This document shows, in pieces, positions 42,480-53,834 of a stretch of DNA of 64,000 bases. Positions within the stretch are counted from its first letter, which is position 1, and each line of letters opens with the position of its first letter. The notes beneath the pieces are model-generated. The model had not been told where the DNA came from. It ran no database searches and was given only the letters and a program-made list of their open reading frames with translations. A program made the translations under genes and the position numbers. This DNA comes from Alphaproteobacteria bacterium (lineage in GTDB: Bacteria > Pseudomonadota > Alphaproteobacteria > UBA828). The stretch lies in contig CBDCRW010000007.1 in the NCBI GenBank assembly GCA_965221125.1, positions 416,001-480,000 on the forward strand. The letters run 5' to 3'.

Positions 42480-42548
42480 AGGACCGTCCCAAGCCTCCTT
42501 GCGCCCTTCACCAATGCCCTAGCTGGTACTAAGCCGTCCCGCAGCAGT

Positions 42549-43952
42549 TCAGCCGGCCCACATGTTCTCGCGGACGAGGTCGTTCTGGGTGGCGATGATG
42601 CTCTCCCGCAGGGTCTCGACCAGCGTGTCGATCTGATCGCGGGTAAGCGTGAGCGGCGGCGAGAGCACGTTCATGTGGCCCAGCGGACGCACCAGCAGGC
42701 CGCGCTGCTGGCAGTGGCGGGTGATGCGGGCGCCGATCTTGGCGTCGGGCTCGAAGATCTCCCTGGTCTCCTTGTCCTTCACCGCCTCGACGCACATCAT
42801 GAACTTGTTGCCCCGCACGTCGCCGATCAGCGGCAGGGTCAGGAGCTCGTTCAGCCGCTCCTCGAAGTAGGGGCCGACCTCGCGCACGTGGCCGCACAGG
42901 TCCTCGCGCTCCATGATCTCGATGTTCTTGAGCGCGGCCGCGCAGGAGACTGGGTGCCCGGCGTAGGTGAAGCCGTGGGTGAAGAGCGCGCCGTCGGACT
43001 GCGGCACGCTGATGACCTCGTAGATCTCGTCGGAGAAGAGCGTCGCCGAGTGCGGGATGTAGCCCGAGGTCAGCCCCTTGGCCGAGGTGATGATGTCCGG
43101 CGTGATTCCGAACACGGGCTCGGAGGCGAAGAAGTGCCCGAGCCGGCCGAAGCCGGTCACCACCTCGTCCGATATGTAGAGCACCCCGTACTTCTCGCAC
43201 ACCGCCTTGGTGCGGGCGTGGTAGCCGGGCGGGGGCACGATCACCCCGCCGCCGCCCATGATCGGCTCGGCGATGAAGCAGGCCACGTTCTCCGGCCCCA
43301 GCTCCAGGATCTTGTTCTCGAGGTCGGCCACCTTCTCGTCGCAGAAGTCGTCCACGCTCATGCCGTCCGGGCGGCGATAGGTGTGGGGCGCCGGGACGTA
43401 GTGCACCAGGTCGGGCGCGAGATCGAAGCCGTCGTGGTCGAACTTCACCCCGGTCATGGTCATCGCGAGGTAGGTCGAGCCGTGGTAGGCGTCGACGCGC
43501 GAGATGATCTTCTTCTTCGTCCGCTTGCCGAGCCGGTTGAAATAGAAGTGGATGACGCGGATGGCGGTGTCGTTCGCCATCGAGCCGCCGGTGCCGTAGA
43601 AGACGTGGTTGATGGAGGCGGGCGCAAGCGCGGCGAGCTTCGCAGCAAGCTCCGCCGCCGGCGGCGTGGTCAGGTGCGTGAACGTCGAGTAGTAGGGGAT
43701 GCGGCGCACCTGGTCGGCCATCGCCTGCGCCATCTCGTCCCGGCCGTAGCCGATGTTGACGCACCAGAGCCCGCCGATGCCGTCCATGTAGCGCTCGCCT
43801 TCGGCGTTGTAGACGTAGACGCCCTCGGCCTCGGCCATGACCTCGGAGCCTTCCTGCTTGAAGGTCGAGAAGTCGGTCCAGGGATGGATGTTGTGGTCGC
43901 GGTCCTTCTGGCGAAGGTCCTCGTTGTCGTACTGGGTGAAATTGGCCCTCAT
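42549..43952 (-). CDS. Class III aminotransferase
   Basis: DGIGGLWCVNIGYG, FIAEPIMGGGG, DEVVTGFGRLG, AKGLTSGY, HGFTYAGHP. Confidence 0.92.
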   Translation of the reverse strand: MRANFTQYDNEDLRQKDRDHNIHPWTDFSTFKQEGSEVMAEAEGVYVYNAEGERYMDGIGGLWCVNIGYGRDEMAQAMADQVRRIPYYSTFTHLTTPPAAELAAKLAALAPASINHVFYGTGGSMANDTAIRVIHFYFNRLGKRTKKKIISRVDAYHGSTYLAMTMTGVKFDHDGFDLAPDLVHYVPAPHTYRRPDGMSVDDFCDEKVADLENKILELGPENVACFIAEPIMGGGGVIVPPPGYHARTKAVCEKYGVLYISDEVVTGFGRLGHFFASEPVFGITPDIITSAKGLTSGYIPHSATLFSDEIYEVISVPQSDGALFTHGFTYAGHPVSCAAALKNIEIMEREDLCGHVREVGPYFEERLNELLTLPLIGDVRGNKFMMCVEAVKDKETREIFEPDAKIGARITRHCQQRGLLVRPLGHMNVLSPPLTLTRDQIDTLVETLRESIIATQNDLVRENMWAG

Positions 43953-44133
43953 CGCGCCCTCCTCTTGCTCCACGCCGCACCGGGAATTGGCTGGGCGAGA
44001 GCCTATCGCGAGCGGCGCGCCACGTCGAACCGAGATTGCGACAACCGAGGTTGCGGGGAGCGCGACCGTGGCCCGGCCGCGCGCCATTCGGCATACTGCG
44101 GGCCTCGCAGGGCAAGGGCTGGGGAGGCCGGAC

Positions 44134-44757
44134 ATGCTGGTCGTTTGGGGCCGCAAGAACTCGATCAACGTGCAGAAGGTGATGTGGTGCGTGGGCGAAC
44201 TCGGCCTCGCGCACGAGCGGAAGGACGTGGGCGGCCCCTTCGGCGGGCTGGATACGGAGGAGTACGGCGCGCTCAACCCGAACCGGCGCATCCCCACAAT
44301 CGTCGATGGCGACGGCACCACCGTCTGGGAATCGCACAGCTGCGTGCGCTACATCGCGGCGCGCTATGGTGCAGGCCACCTCTGGCCCGAAGACCCCTCG
44401 GCCCGCGCCCGCGCGGACCTCTGGCTCGACTGGATGCAGACGACGCTGCTGCCCAATCTCGCGCCGGTCTTCATCGGCCTCATCCGCACGCCCGAGGCGG
44501 AGCGCGACACGGCGAAGATCGAGCGCAGCGTCCGCGCCATGGGGGAGAGCTGGCGCATTCTCGACGCGCACATGGAGGGGCGGCGCTTCGTCGCGGCCGA
44601 CGATCTCACCATGGGCGACATCGCGGCCGGCGCCGCCTGCTACCGCTACCACGCGCTGGGCATCGAGCGTCCCGCGCTCCCCAACATCGCGGTCTGGTAC
44701 GAGCGGCTGCAGGAGCGCGCGCCCTTCCGCACCCACGTGATGATCCCGCTGAGTTAG
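44134..44757 (+). CDS. Glutathione S-transferase family protein
   Basis: WGRKNSINVQKV, LNPNRRIP, WES. Confidence 0.9.
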   Translation: MLVVWGRKNSINVQKVMWCVGELGLAHERKDVGGPFGGLDTEEYGALNPNRRIPTIVDGDGTTVWESHSCVRYIAARYGAGHLWPEDPSARARADLWLDWMQTTLLPNLAPVFIGLIRTPEAERDTAKIERSVRAMGESWRILDAHMEGRRFVAADDLTMGDIAAGAACYRYHALGIERPALPNIAVWYERLQERAPFRTHVMIPLS

Positions 44758-44852
44758 CCGGCCGGCACCATTCGTCACCGGCATGCAAGTCGGCCGCGAC
44801 AAGGCATTGACCAGCCCGGCCCGAGTGTGTTTCCATCCGGGCACAGGACGCG

Positions 44853-44960
44853 CTCATCCAGAGCGGTGGAGGGACAGGCCCTTTGAAGCCGCGGCAACCG
44901 CCGAGAGCGGTGCCAATGCCTGATCGATGAGTCAGCCGAAGGCGGAACTCCGCTTCTCGG
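44853..44960 (+). ncRNA. SAM riboswitch, SAM-I/IV variant type
   Basis: CTCATCCAGAGCGGTGGAGGGACAGGCCCTTTGAAGCCGCGGCAACC...GGTGCCAAT...GATGAG SAM-I core. No P4; 3' hairpin followed by TCTCG complementary to P3 loop CGAGA. Confidence 0.85.
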
Positions 44961-45000
44961 CGCTCGTAGAGCGCGTAGGAGACGAGAGGAGTAACGCCGG

Positions 45001-45066
45001 ATGACGACTCTGTGCGCCCGACCAATCGCCCCTCCGGGGGCCGCGTCCCGATTCTGCTGTACCTAG
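45001..45066 (+). CDS. Putative 21-aa Cys-rich leader peptide MTTLCARPIAPPGAASRFCCT
   Basis: AGGAG at 44987-44991, ATG 45001, TAG 45064-45066. Confidence 0.35.
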   Translation: MTTLCARPIAPPGAASRFCCT

Positions 45067-45193
45067 GCTACCCGTCGTAGCCGTTCCCACCGGGTGAGAG
45101 CGATGGAGACCCTGCGGTCCTCCACGCGTCTGGCTCCGCCAGCGAGAGCGGCGGTGTTGGCGCCCGACAACCATGTCCAAGAGGAGAAGTTCA

Positions 45194-45757
45194 ATGTCCG
45201 ATTCAGACACAGCCGCCAGCCTTAACGGCGTCAACGTCGAGCACCTGCTGGGTGCCCGCAATGCCCTGGGCGAGACGCCCGAAGCCGGCCAGTTCAAGTG
45301 GCGCGTCACCAACGAGTGGCTCCACGGCACGCACAGCAAGACCCACGTGGAGGGCTACTTCGGGCTCGGCGGCGAGCACGACCACAAGGCGGACTACACG
45401 TTCGAATCCGATCATCCCCTGGTGTTCGCGGCCGAGGACAACGCCGCCACGCCGGTGGAAATCGTGCTCACGGGTCTCGCGAGCTGCCTGACCGCAGGCG
45501 TCGCGGCGGTCGCGCAGGTGCGGGAGATCCAGCTCCGTTCGGTCAAGGCCACGGTCGAGGCCGACATGGATATCGCCGGCATCCTGGGCGCCGATCCCGA
45601 GGTGCGGAACGGCTTCAGCAACGTCCGCGTCACCTATGATATCGACGCCGACGGCACGCCCGACGATATCAAGGCGCTGGTCGCCCAGTCGCAGAAGCGT
45701 TCGGCGGTCTACGACATCCTGACCAACCCGACGAACGTGACCGTCGACGTGACCTAG
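45194..45757 (+). CDS. OsmC/Ohr family protein (single Cys)
   Basis: SDHP, TPVEIVLTGLASCLTAG, VRNGFSNVRV; second Cys position reads SQKRS. Confidence 0.85.
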   Translation: MSDSDTAASLNGVNVEHLLGARNALGETPEAGQFKWRVTNEWLHGTHSKTHVEGYFGLGGEHDHKADYTFESDHPLVFAAEDNAATPVEIVLTGLASCLTAGVAAVAQVREIQLRSVKATVEADMDIAGILGADPEVRNGFSNVRVTYDIDADGTPDDIKALVAQSQKRSAVYDILTNPTNVTVDVT

Positions 45758-45765
45758 CCTTCGCC

Positions 45766-46998
45766 GTGCGTACCACGGCCGTCGTAGTGGGCGCCGGGCA
45801 TGCCGGCCTCGCCGTGAGCCATTGCCTCGCCGCGCGCGGCATCGATCACGTGGTGATCGAGCGCGGCGAGGTGGCGCACACGTGGCGGACGGAACGCTGG
45901 GATTCCCTGCGCCTGCTCACGCCCAACTGGCAGACCAGGGTGCCCGGCCTCGCCTACGACGGTGACGACCCCGACGGCTTCATGACCATGGCCGAGGTGG
46001 TGGCGTTCATCGAACGCTACGCCCGGCTCGTCGCGCCCCCGCTGGAAACCGGCACCACGGTCGAATCGCTCACGCGCAACGGCGACGGCTACGAGGTAGC
46101 GACGGATCGGGGCACGTGGCTATGCCGGGCGGTGGTGATCGCCTCCGGCGGGTTCAACCGGCCCAAGCTGCCGCCTGTCGCGGCGGCGCTCCCCGGCGGG
46201 ATCGAGTCCGTGACGCCGATGGACTACAGGCAGCCCTCGGCGCTGCCCGACGGCGGTGCGCTGGTGGTGGGCGCGTCGGCCACGGGCGTGCAGATCGCGG
46301 ACGAGGTCCACCGCTCCGGGCGGCCGGTGACGCTCGCGGTGGGCGAGCACGTGCGCATGCCGCGCATCTACCGGGGCAAGGACATCCTCTGGTGGATGGA
46401 CCGCACCGGGCTGCACGACGAGCGCTACGACGAGGTCGACGACATCCTGCGCGCGCGGCGGGTGCCGTCGCCGCAACTTGTGGGCACGCCCGAGCGGGCG
46501 ACGCTCAATCTCAACACGCTCACCGATCAGGGCGTGCGCCTCGTGGGCTCGCTCGCCGGATTCTCGGACGGCAAGGCGCAGTTCTCGGGCTCGCTCCTCA
46601 ACAAGTGCACGCTCGCCGACCTGAAGCAGGTCCGGCTGCTCAACACCATCGACGAGTGGGTCGACGAGAACGGACACGGCGACGGCGTGGAGCCGCCGCA
46701 CCGCTTCGAGGCGACGCGGGTGGAGGAATCGCCGCCGCTCACCCTCGACCTCGCGCAGGAGGGGATCCGCACGGTGATCTGGGCGACCGGGTACGAGCCC
46801 GATCACTCCTGGATCGACCTCCCCGTCTTCGACCACAAGGGGCGGCTGCGCCACGACGGCGGCGTGGTGAAGGGGGCGCCCGGCGTCTACCGCATCGGCC
46901 TCAATTTCCTGCGGCGGCGCAAGTCGAGCTTCATCCACGGCACCGGGGACGACGCCCGCGACCTGACGGAGCACCTGGCCGGACACGTCGGGGCCTGA
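45766..46998 (+). CDS. FAD/NAD(P)-dependent oxidoreductase (flavin monooxygenase-like)
   Basis: VVGAGHAGL, WRTERWDSLRLLTP, VVGASATGVQIA, IWATGY. Confidence 0.85.
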   Translation: MRTTAVVVGAGHAGLAVSHCLAARGIDHVVIERGEVAHTWRTERWDSLRLLTPNWQTRVPGLAYDGDDPDGFMTMAEVVAFIERYARLVAPPLETGTTVESLTRNGDGYEVATDRGTWLCRAVVIASGGFNRPKLPPVAAALPGGIESVTPMDYRQPSALPDGGALVVGASATGVQIADEVHRSGRPVTLAVGEHVRMPRIYRGKDILWWMDRTGLHDERYDEVDDILRARRVPSPQLVGTPERATLNLNTLTDQGVRLVGSLAGFSDGKAQFSGSLLNKCTLADLKQVRLLNTIDEWVDENGHGDGVEPPHRFEATRVEESPPLTLDLAQEGIRTVIWATGYEPDHSWIDLPVFDHKGRLRHDGGVVKGAPGVYRIGLNFLRRRKSSFIHGTGDDARDLTEHLAGHVGA

Positions 46999-47012
46999 CG
47001 CGCCGCTGGAAC

Positions 47013-47188
47013 CAGAGCGTTTCCGTTTACACGGAAGCGCTCTGACTATTTATCGCTCACGGCGGCCGGCCGTCGCGCGATTCCGCGCGCCTACCGGCGC
47101 GACGGCCGGCGCCTCCGCGAGGGCGCCGCATTCGCGGCGGGCCGCGGTCGCGGCCTGTCGCGCATCCGTCAAAGACGGACGCGCTCTA
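47013..47188. repeat. MITE/RIME-like repeat, copy B (with extra 5' hairpin)
   Basis: Hairpin CAGAGCGTTTCCGT-TTAC-ACGGAAGCGCTCTG, then 140 bp matching 24027-24166; ends CGCTCTA. Confidence 0.88.
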
Positions 47189-47650
47189 AGCCTCCGCCCA
47201 GCCGTCCTTGTGGGCGCAAAAAGTCTTCACATCGAACACCGTGTGGGCGAAGAGCCAGTGGCCGTCCCGCTTCACGAGCCGGTCGTCGTAGGTCGCGAAG
47301 ATCCAGCGGGCCTCGTCCTTGCCCTCGTCGTTCAGCGCCGTGCACGGCATCAGCAGCCACCACTGGCCGCGCGCGGTGTCCCCGTCCACGTCGATGATCT
47401 CGTTCAGCGACAGATGGGCGGCGAAGCTGATCTGCTTGCCGACCTCGCGCACCATGTTGCCGAAGGCCTCGGCGCCCTCCTGCCGGCCGAATGCCTCGCC
47501 GCCGTCCCAGACCGCGTCGGGCGTCATCAGCGTCACGATGCCGTCCGCGTCGTAGCCGGCATCGGCATAGGCCATGTAGCGGTGCTTGAGGCGGCGGATG
47601 GCCTCGATGTCCTCGAGCCGCTGGATGCGCTCCTCCAGGGCGGCGCTCAT
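47186..47650 (-). CDS. NTF2/SnoaL-like protein, paralog 2
   Basis: LEDIEAIRRLKHRY, DAVWDGG, IDVDGDTARGQW. Confidence 0.85.
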   Translation of the reverse strand: MSAALEERIQRLEDIEAIRRLKHRYMAYADAGYDADGIVTLMTPDAVWDGGEAFGRQEGAEAFGNMVREVGKQISFAAHLSLNEIIDVDGDTARGQWWLLMPCTALNDEGKDEARWIFATYDDRLVKRDGHWLFAHTVFDVKTFCAHKDGWAEA

Positions 47651-48117
47651 GCGTCGGCCTCCACCCAGCCGTCCTTGTGCGGCTTCACGAAGTGGATGGT
47701 CGCGTTCAGCCTCTCGAACATCCACTCGCCGTCGCGGCGGACGTAGCGGTCGTCGTACTCGCCGAGCAGCCAGATGGCCGTCTTGACGCCGTCGATCATC
47801 ATGGTGGCCGGCATGATGATCCACCACTGGCCGTGCGCGCCATCGCCGTCCACGTCGATCCGCTCGTTCATCACGAGGTGGCCGGCGAAGACGATCTGCG
47901 ACGAGACGCCGGCGAAGAAGGTGCGGATCGCCTCGCGCCCTTCGTAGCGCCCGAAATCGTCGCCGCCATCCCAGACGCCGTCCTCGACGAACTGGGAGGC
48001 GATGCCGTCCGGGTCGTAGCCCGCGTCGCAGTAGGCGCAGTACTGGTGCTTGAGCCGCTTGATCGCCTCGATGGATTCGAGCGTGTCGACGCGGCGTTCG
48101 AGGTCGCTCACCGCCAT
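47647..48117 (-). CDS. NTF2/SnoaL-like protein, paralog 1
   Basis: LESIEAIKRLKHQYC, GRYEGREAI, YDDRYVRRDGEW. Confidence 0.85.
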   Translation of the reverse strand: MAVSDLERRVDTLESIEAIKRLKHQYCAYCDAGYDPDGIASQFVEDGVWDGGDDFGRYEGREAIRTFFAGVSSQIVFAGHLVMNERIDVDGDGAHGQWWIIMPATMMIDGVKTAIWLLGEYDDRYVRRDGEWMFERLNATIHFVKPHKDGWVEADA

Positions 48118-48216
48118 GTCGGTCTCCCTTCAGTCTTGCGGTGCATGGTCGGCGGCACCCGAGGGTGCCGCGCGAAGGACTGGGGCCGGCAGATATGCCC
48201 GCCGGCCCCATGGGCG

Positions 48217-49404
48217 CTAGTTCTTGAGAATGACGTCTTTCGGAATCGGGCCTGCGGTGACGTAGCCCTCCATCCGGGTCTTGCCGTCGTCGGTGCAGAC
48301 GATGGCGTAGCGCGCCTTGTCCTGGATGTGGAGCCGGTCGGAGAAGCTGCGCGGGCCCATCAGCGTGGGCTCGTCCGTGAACTTCTCCATCTCGGCCGTG
48401 ACCGCCGCCGAATCCACCGTGCCCGCACGCTCGACCGCCTTGGCCCAGAGGTCCATCAGCACGTAGCCCGCGATGGGGAGCGAGGTGGCGGTCGGCCCGC
48501 CTTCCTTGGCCTCCAGCTTCTTGAAGAACGCATCGACTTCTTCGCCGACGCCGCCGTATAGCGAGCTGAACGCGGCCGCGCAGAAGTTACTGAGGTTCGG
48601 CACGGCGTCGAGCCAGTAGTGGCCGTCCATCGCGACGCCCGAGACGATCAGCGTCTCGATTCCTGAGGCCCGCATCTGCTTGATGGCGGATGCCGCGCCC
48701 GGCACGTAGGAGCACACCGCGATCACGTCCGGCACGGTATCCAGCGCCTTGATGCGGTCGATCTGACCCTGGATCGAGGGGTCGTTGTTCTGGAACACGT
48801 CGAGGCCCAGCATCGTGGTGCCTTCCAGGCGCGGCCAGGCCCACTCGAAGCCGGCGCAGACCGACTTGTTGTACTCGATGGTGTCGTCGCGCAGCAGGTA
48901 GGCCGTGCGCGCGCCCCGGTTCTCGTAGGCGAAGGTGGCGATGGAGGCGCCGTCGAGATGCGCCGCCTGGCCGCCGGTGAACGCGAAGGGGCCGATGCCC
49001 TCGATGCCCGCCTTGGCGTCGCCCGCGCAGAGGAAGAGCGAGATGAGGCCCGCGTTCTGCGCCACGTTGGCGGCCGGCGCGCCCATGTCGAAGTCGCAGT
49101 CGACGAAGACCACGTTCGCGCCGTCGTCGACGACGATCTGGCCCGCCTTGACGCCTTCCTCGCGCTCGGACTTGGAGTCCGCCTGCGCGATCACGAGCTG
49201 CTTGCCGAGCAGGCCGCCGGCAGCGTTGATCTCCTCGAGCCTGATCTGGGCCGCGAGCGTCGCGGGGCCGGTATAGGCCGCCTGCCACCCGCTGGTCGAG
49301 ACGGCGAAGCCCACCACGATCTCGTGGTCGTCAGCCTGTGCAACGGCGGCCCCGCCGGCGACGAGTGCGCCGGCCATGACGGCGCCCACCATTCGTTTCA
49401 ACAT
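48217..49404 (-). CDS. Branched-chain amino acid-type ABC substrate-binding protein
   Basis: Signal peptide, EEINAAGGLLGKQL, AVERAGTVD. Confidence 0.85.
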   Translation of the reverse strand: MLKRMVGAVMAGALVAGGAAVAQADDHEIVVGFAVSTSGWQAAYTGPATLAAQIRLEEINAAGGLLGKQLVIAQADSKSEREEGVKAGQIVVDDGANVVFVDCDFDMGAPAANVAQNAGLISLFLCAGDAKAGIEGIGPFAFTGGQAAHLDGASIATFAYENRGARTAYLLRDDTIEYNKSVCAGFEWAWPRLEGTTMLGLDVFQNNDPSIQGQIDRIKALDTVPDVIAVCSYVPGAASAIKQMRASGIETLIVSGVAMDGHYWLDAVPNLSNFCAAAFSSLYGGVGEEVDAFFKKLEAKEGGPTATSLPIAGYVLMDLWAKAVERAGTVDSAAVTAEMEKFTDEPTLMGPRSFSDRLHIQDKARYAIVCTDDGKTRMEGYVTAGPIPKDVILKN

Positions 49405-49527
49405 CGACGATCTCCCTCCGGTTCCCCTGGCAGTTGCGTTGCGGCGGGCTCCACGCGCCGCCGCGCCGGACGCACATAGCGTCCGGCGCCTCAAGGTAGC
49501 GGGCGCCGGCAGGGTGCGGCAACCGTG

Positions 49528-50654
49528 TGTCCTAGTTCAGGGCTTATGAGACGGCTGGGTTTCGTTGGCTGTGATCTGAGCAAGGTATTCGGCTGGTGTT
49601 TGTCCGCCAAGGGCGTGGTGTGGCCTGAAGCTGTTGAACTCGTCGGCGAAGGCGTCGATCCATCGGTTGATGTCCTTGAGGCTGTCGCTGGGCAGCTCCC
49701 AGGTAGCGTAGAACTCGTAGCGCCAGGCGCCGTTGTTGCGCTCGACATGGCCGTTGAGTTCGGGCGTGCGGGGCGGCAGCTCGTAGAGGGCGATGCCGCG
49801 CCGCGCGCATTCGGCCTCGAAGTCGGCCTTGAACTCCGATCCGCCATCGACCTGGATGGCCTGGATGGGGAAGGGCATGTCGGCCTGGAGCTTGTCGAGG
49901 AAGTTCTTGGCGTTGTGCGCGCTGGCGCGTCGGAAGGCTTGGGCGCAGGTCCACTTGGCGAGCGGATCGCAGGCGGTGAACTGCTTGAGTGTGCGCCGCT
50001 CTGCGCCGAGAGAGACGCTGAGCGTGTCGAGCTGGACGATCTCGCCGGGCCGGCTCGGCCTCAGGCCCTTGGGCAGGCGCCTGGCGTGGGGCCGCTTGCG
50101 GCGGACGCCATGGCGGCGGCGGCGCAGGGTGGGCACGGGCACGACCCGGCCTCGGGCGACCAGCATCGCCAGGATGCGGCCTACGGTGCTCTCCGAGACG
50201 ACCCAGCCCTCGCGGCGCAACAGGACGACCAGCTTGGCCTTGCCCCACATCGGATAGTCGCGGCGCATGGCCTCGACCGCCTCCACCAGCGCCGGCGACC
50301 AGGTCGGCCGGCGCAGCCGGTGGGGCCGGCGCGAGCCGGGCTCCGGGCGCTTCGCCCAGCGATAGAGGGTGGCGCGCGGCACGCCGACCGCCTCTGCGGC
50401 ATCGGCGGCACTCAGTCCCCGCGCTCGGGCCTGCTGCCAACGCATAAGCGCATCGCGCCTGATCGCCGCTGCGCTGTCGGGGGGCTCCGCGCCGATCAGG
50501 CGCGACCCGACCATCGCGTTTCGGATAACATGGCGGGGCAGGCTTCTGACCTGCATGGGGGCCTCCTTCAGGCTGCTTCGGTTCGCACCAACAGCCTCGG
50601 AGACCCCCACCCCCACTTCAAGGGGCCCGTCTCATATCTCTCTGAACTCGGTCA
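49528..50654 (-). mobile_element. IS481 family insertion sequence
   Basis: IRs TGTCCTAGTTCAG...TATGAGAC / GTCTCATA...CTGAACTCGGTCA; CCGTG duplicated at 49523-49527 and 50655-50659. Confidence 0.85.
49537..50556 (-). CDS. IS481 family transposase (rve integrase core)
   Basis: HTH VPRATLYRW, VQLDT, IQVDGGSEF, NGHVERNN, RPHHALGGQTP. Confidence 0.9.
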   Translation of the reverse strand: MQVRSLPRHVIRNAMVGSRLIGAEPPDSAAAIRRDALMRWQQARARGLSAADAAEAVGVPRATLYRWAKRPEPGSRRPHRLRRPTWSPALVEAVEAMRRDYPMWGKAKLVVLLRREGWVVSESTVGRILAMLVARGRVVPVPTLRRRRHGVRRKRPHARRLPKGLRPSRPGEIVQLDTLSVSLGAERRTLKQFTACDPLAKWTCAQAFRRASAHNAKNFLDKLQADMPFPIQAIQVDGGSEFKADFEAECARRGIALYELPPRTPELNGHVERNNGAWRYEFYATWELPSDSLKDINRWIDAFADEFNSFRPHHALGGQTPAEYLAQITANETQPSHKP

Positions 50655-50716
50655 CCGTGCGCCTGAGCGCTCGTCGATCTCGGCTATTGGATGGTGCCGG
50701 GGAGGGGCCCCGCGCG

Positions 50717-52545
50717 TCACTGGTCGAGGGCTTCGGCCTTGCCCGGCTCTTCCCACCAGGCATCGAGAACGGCGCCGTACACCGGGGTGTATTCGGGCCG
50801 GCCGTACTTGTCCCAGTAGGCGAAGCGGTCGTCGTTCAGGTGGTAGAGGGGGATCATGTAGTGGCCCCACATCAGCACGCGGTCCATGGCGCGGACCACG
50901 TCGACGAAGTCGCTGCGCGCGCGCGCTTCCGTCATCTGCGCGATGAGCGCGTCGACGACCGGGTCCTCGATCCCCGGATAGTTGCGGGTGCCTTCCTGCC
51001 CCGCGGCCTCGACGCCCCAGTAGAACGCCTGCTCGTTGCCGGGCGAGAGCGACATGCCCCAGCGGTAGATGATCATGTCGAAGTCGTAGACGTTACGGCG
51101 GTACTGGTACTGCGCCGTGTCCACGGTGCGGACCTTTGCCTCGACGCCGAGGCGCTCGAGATTGCGCGTGAGGTTGAGTGCGATCTTCTCGTTGCCCGGG
51201 TTCACCAGCAGTATCTCGAAGGCCATGGGCAGGCCGTCGGAGGCTCGCCGGAGCGCACCGTCGTCGACGCGCCAGCCGGCCTTGGCCAGCAGGCGGCGGG
51301 CCTGGGCAAGGTTCTTGCGCAGGCCGCCTTCAACTTGAGGTGCGTGGTAGGGGGTATCGAACAGCTCGGGCGGGAGGCTGCCCCGATGGGGCTCCAGCAG
51401 GGCAAGCTCGCCGCCTTCCGGCAGGCCGCGCGAGCCGAGCTCCGAGTTGTCGAAGATGCTGTCGGTGCGCACGTAGGCGCCCTGCAGCAGGTTCCTGTTG
51501 ATCCACTCGAAATCGAAGGCGAGCGAGAGTGCGTAGCGGACCGCGCGATCGGCGAACATCGCGCGCCGCGTGTTGAAGACCAGGGCGAACATGCCGGACG
51601 GCCTGCCGTGCGGCAGCAGCTCAAGCTTGACGCGGCCGTCTTCTGAGGCGGGGAAGTCGTAGCCCGTGGCCCAGCGCGTCGCCGAGCGCTCCTGACGCAG
51701 GTCGTACTCGCCCGCGCGGAAGGCCTCCATCATCACTTCGTCGTCGCGGTAGTAGTCGTAGCTGATGCGGTCGAAATTGCTCAGCCCGCGGTTGATCGGC
51801 AGGTGCCGGCCCCAGTAGTCGGGATCGCGGCGGTAGACGATGCCGCGGCCCGCATCGACGCTCTCGATCTTGTAGGGGCCGCTGCCCATGGGCGGCGTGA
51901 GCGTCGTCTCCTCGAAGGTCACCGAGGCGTAGTAGTCCTTCGAGATGATCGGCATGAGCCCGAGGATCAGCGGCAGCTCGCGGTCCGGCGTCTCGGTATC
52001 GAAGAGGAAGCGCACCGTGCGCGCGTCGGGCCGCTCGATCTTTCGCACCTTGTTGTAGTAGAGCCGGTGGTTGGGGCGGCCCTGCTCCTTCAGCGTCTCC
52101 CACGAGAAGATCACGTCGTCCACGGTGATCGGGCTGCCATCGTGGAAGCGGGCCTCCGGCCGCAAAGTGAAGGCGACGGACGAGCGGTCGTCCGGCACGT
52201 CGACCGTCTCGGCGATCAGCCCGTAGAGCGAGAACGGCTCGTCCCAGGTGCGCTTGAGCAGGCTCTCGAAGACGTGGTGCCGCCCCTGCGCCACCACGCC
52301 CTTGATGATGAACGGGTTGAGATTGTCGAAGGTGCCGGTCACGGCGCGCCGGAGCGCGCCGCCCTTGGGCGCGTCGGGATTGACGTAGTCGAGGTGCTGG
52401 AAGTCCGGGGCGTACTTCGGCGCCCCGTGCATGGCGATGCCGTGGGCGGGCTCCGCCGCCGCCGGGACGCTCCCCAGCGCCAGCGCCGCGAGCAGGACCG
52501 CGGCGGTGAGCGCGCCTGCTGTTCGCCGGCTGTGTCGCGCCCTCA

Positions 52546-52546
<1 letters not shown>
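50717..52546 (-). CDS. Family 5 extracellular solute-binding protein (YejA-like)
   Basis: HGIAMHGAPKY, YVNPDAPKGG, FDNLNPFI, SPGNEQ. Confidence 0.9.
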
Positions 52547-53655
<1,109 letters not shown>

Positions 53656-53834
53656 CGCACCCTCCTCGTCGGTGGCGTCAGTTGCGAATCGATCTCACAT
53701 TACTGTCACACCGGGCGCGGGTGCAGTAAAGGTTCCGCGTCGTTCGGCGGTTCGGCTGACCTGCTGCACTAGACATGGGAAATCGAACAACTCACCATGA
53801 CTACGTGGATGGATACCGGATTCCAAGCCTCGTG

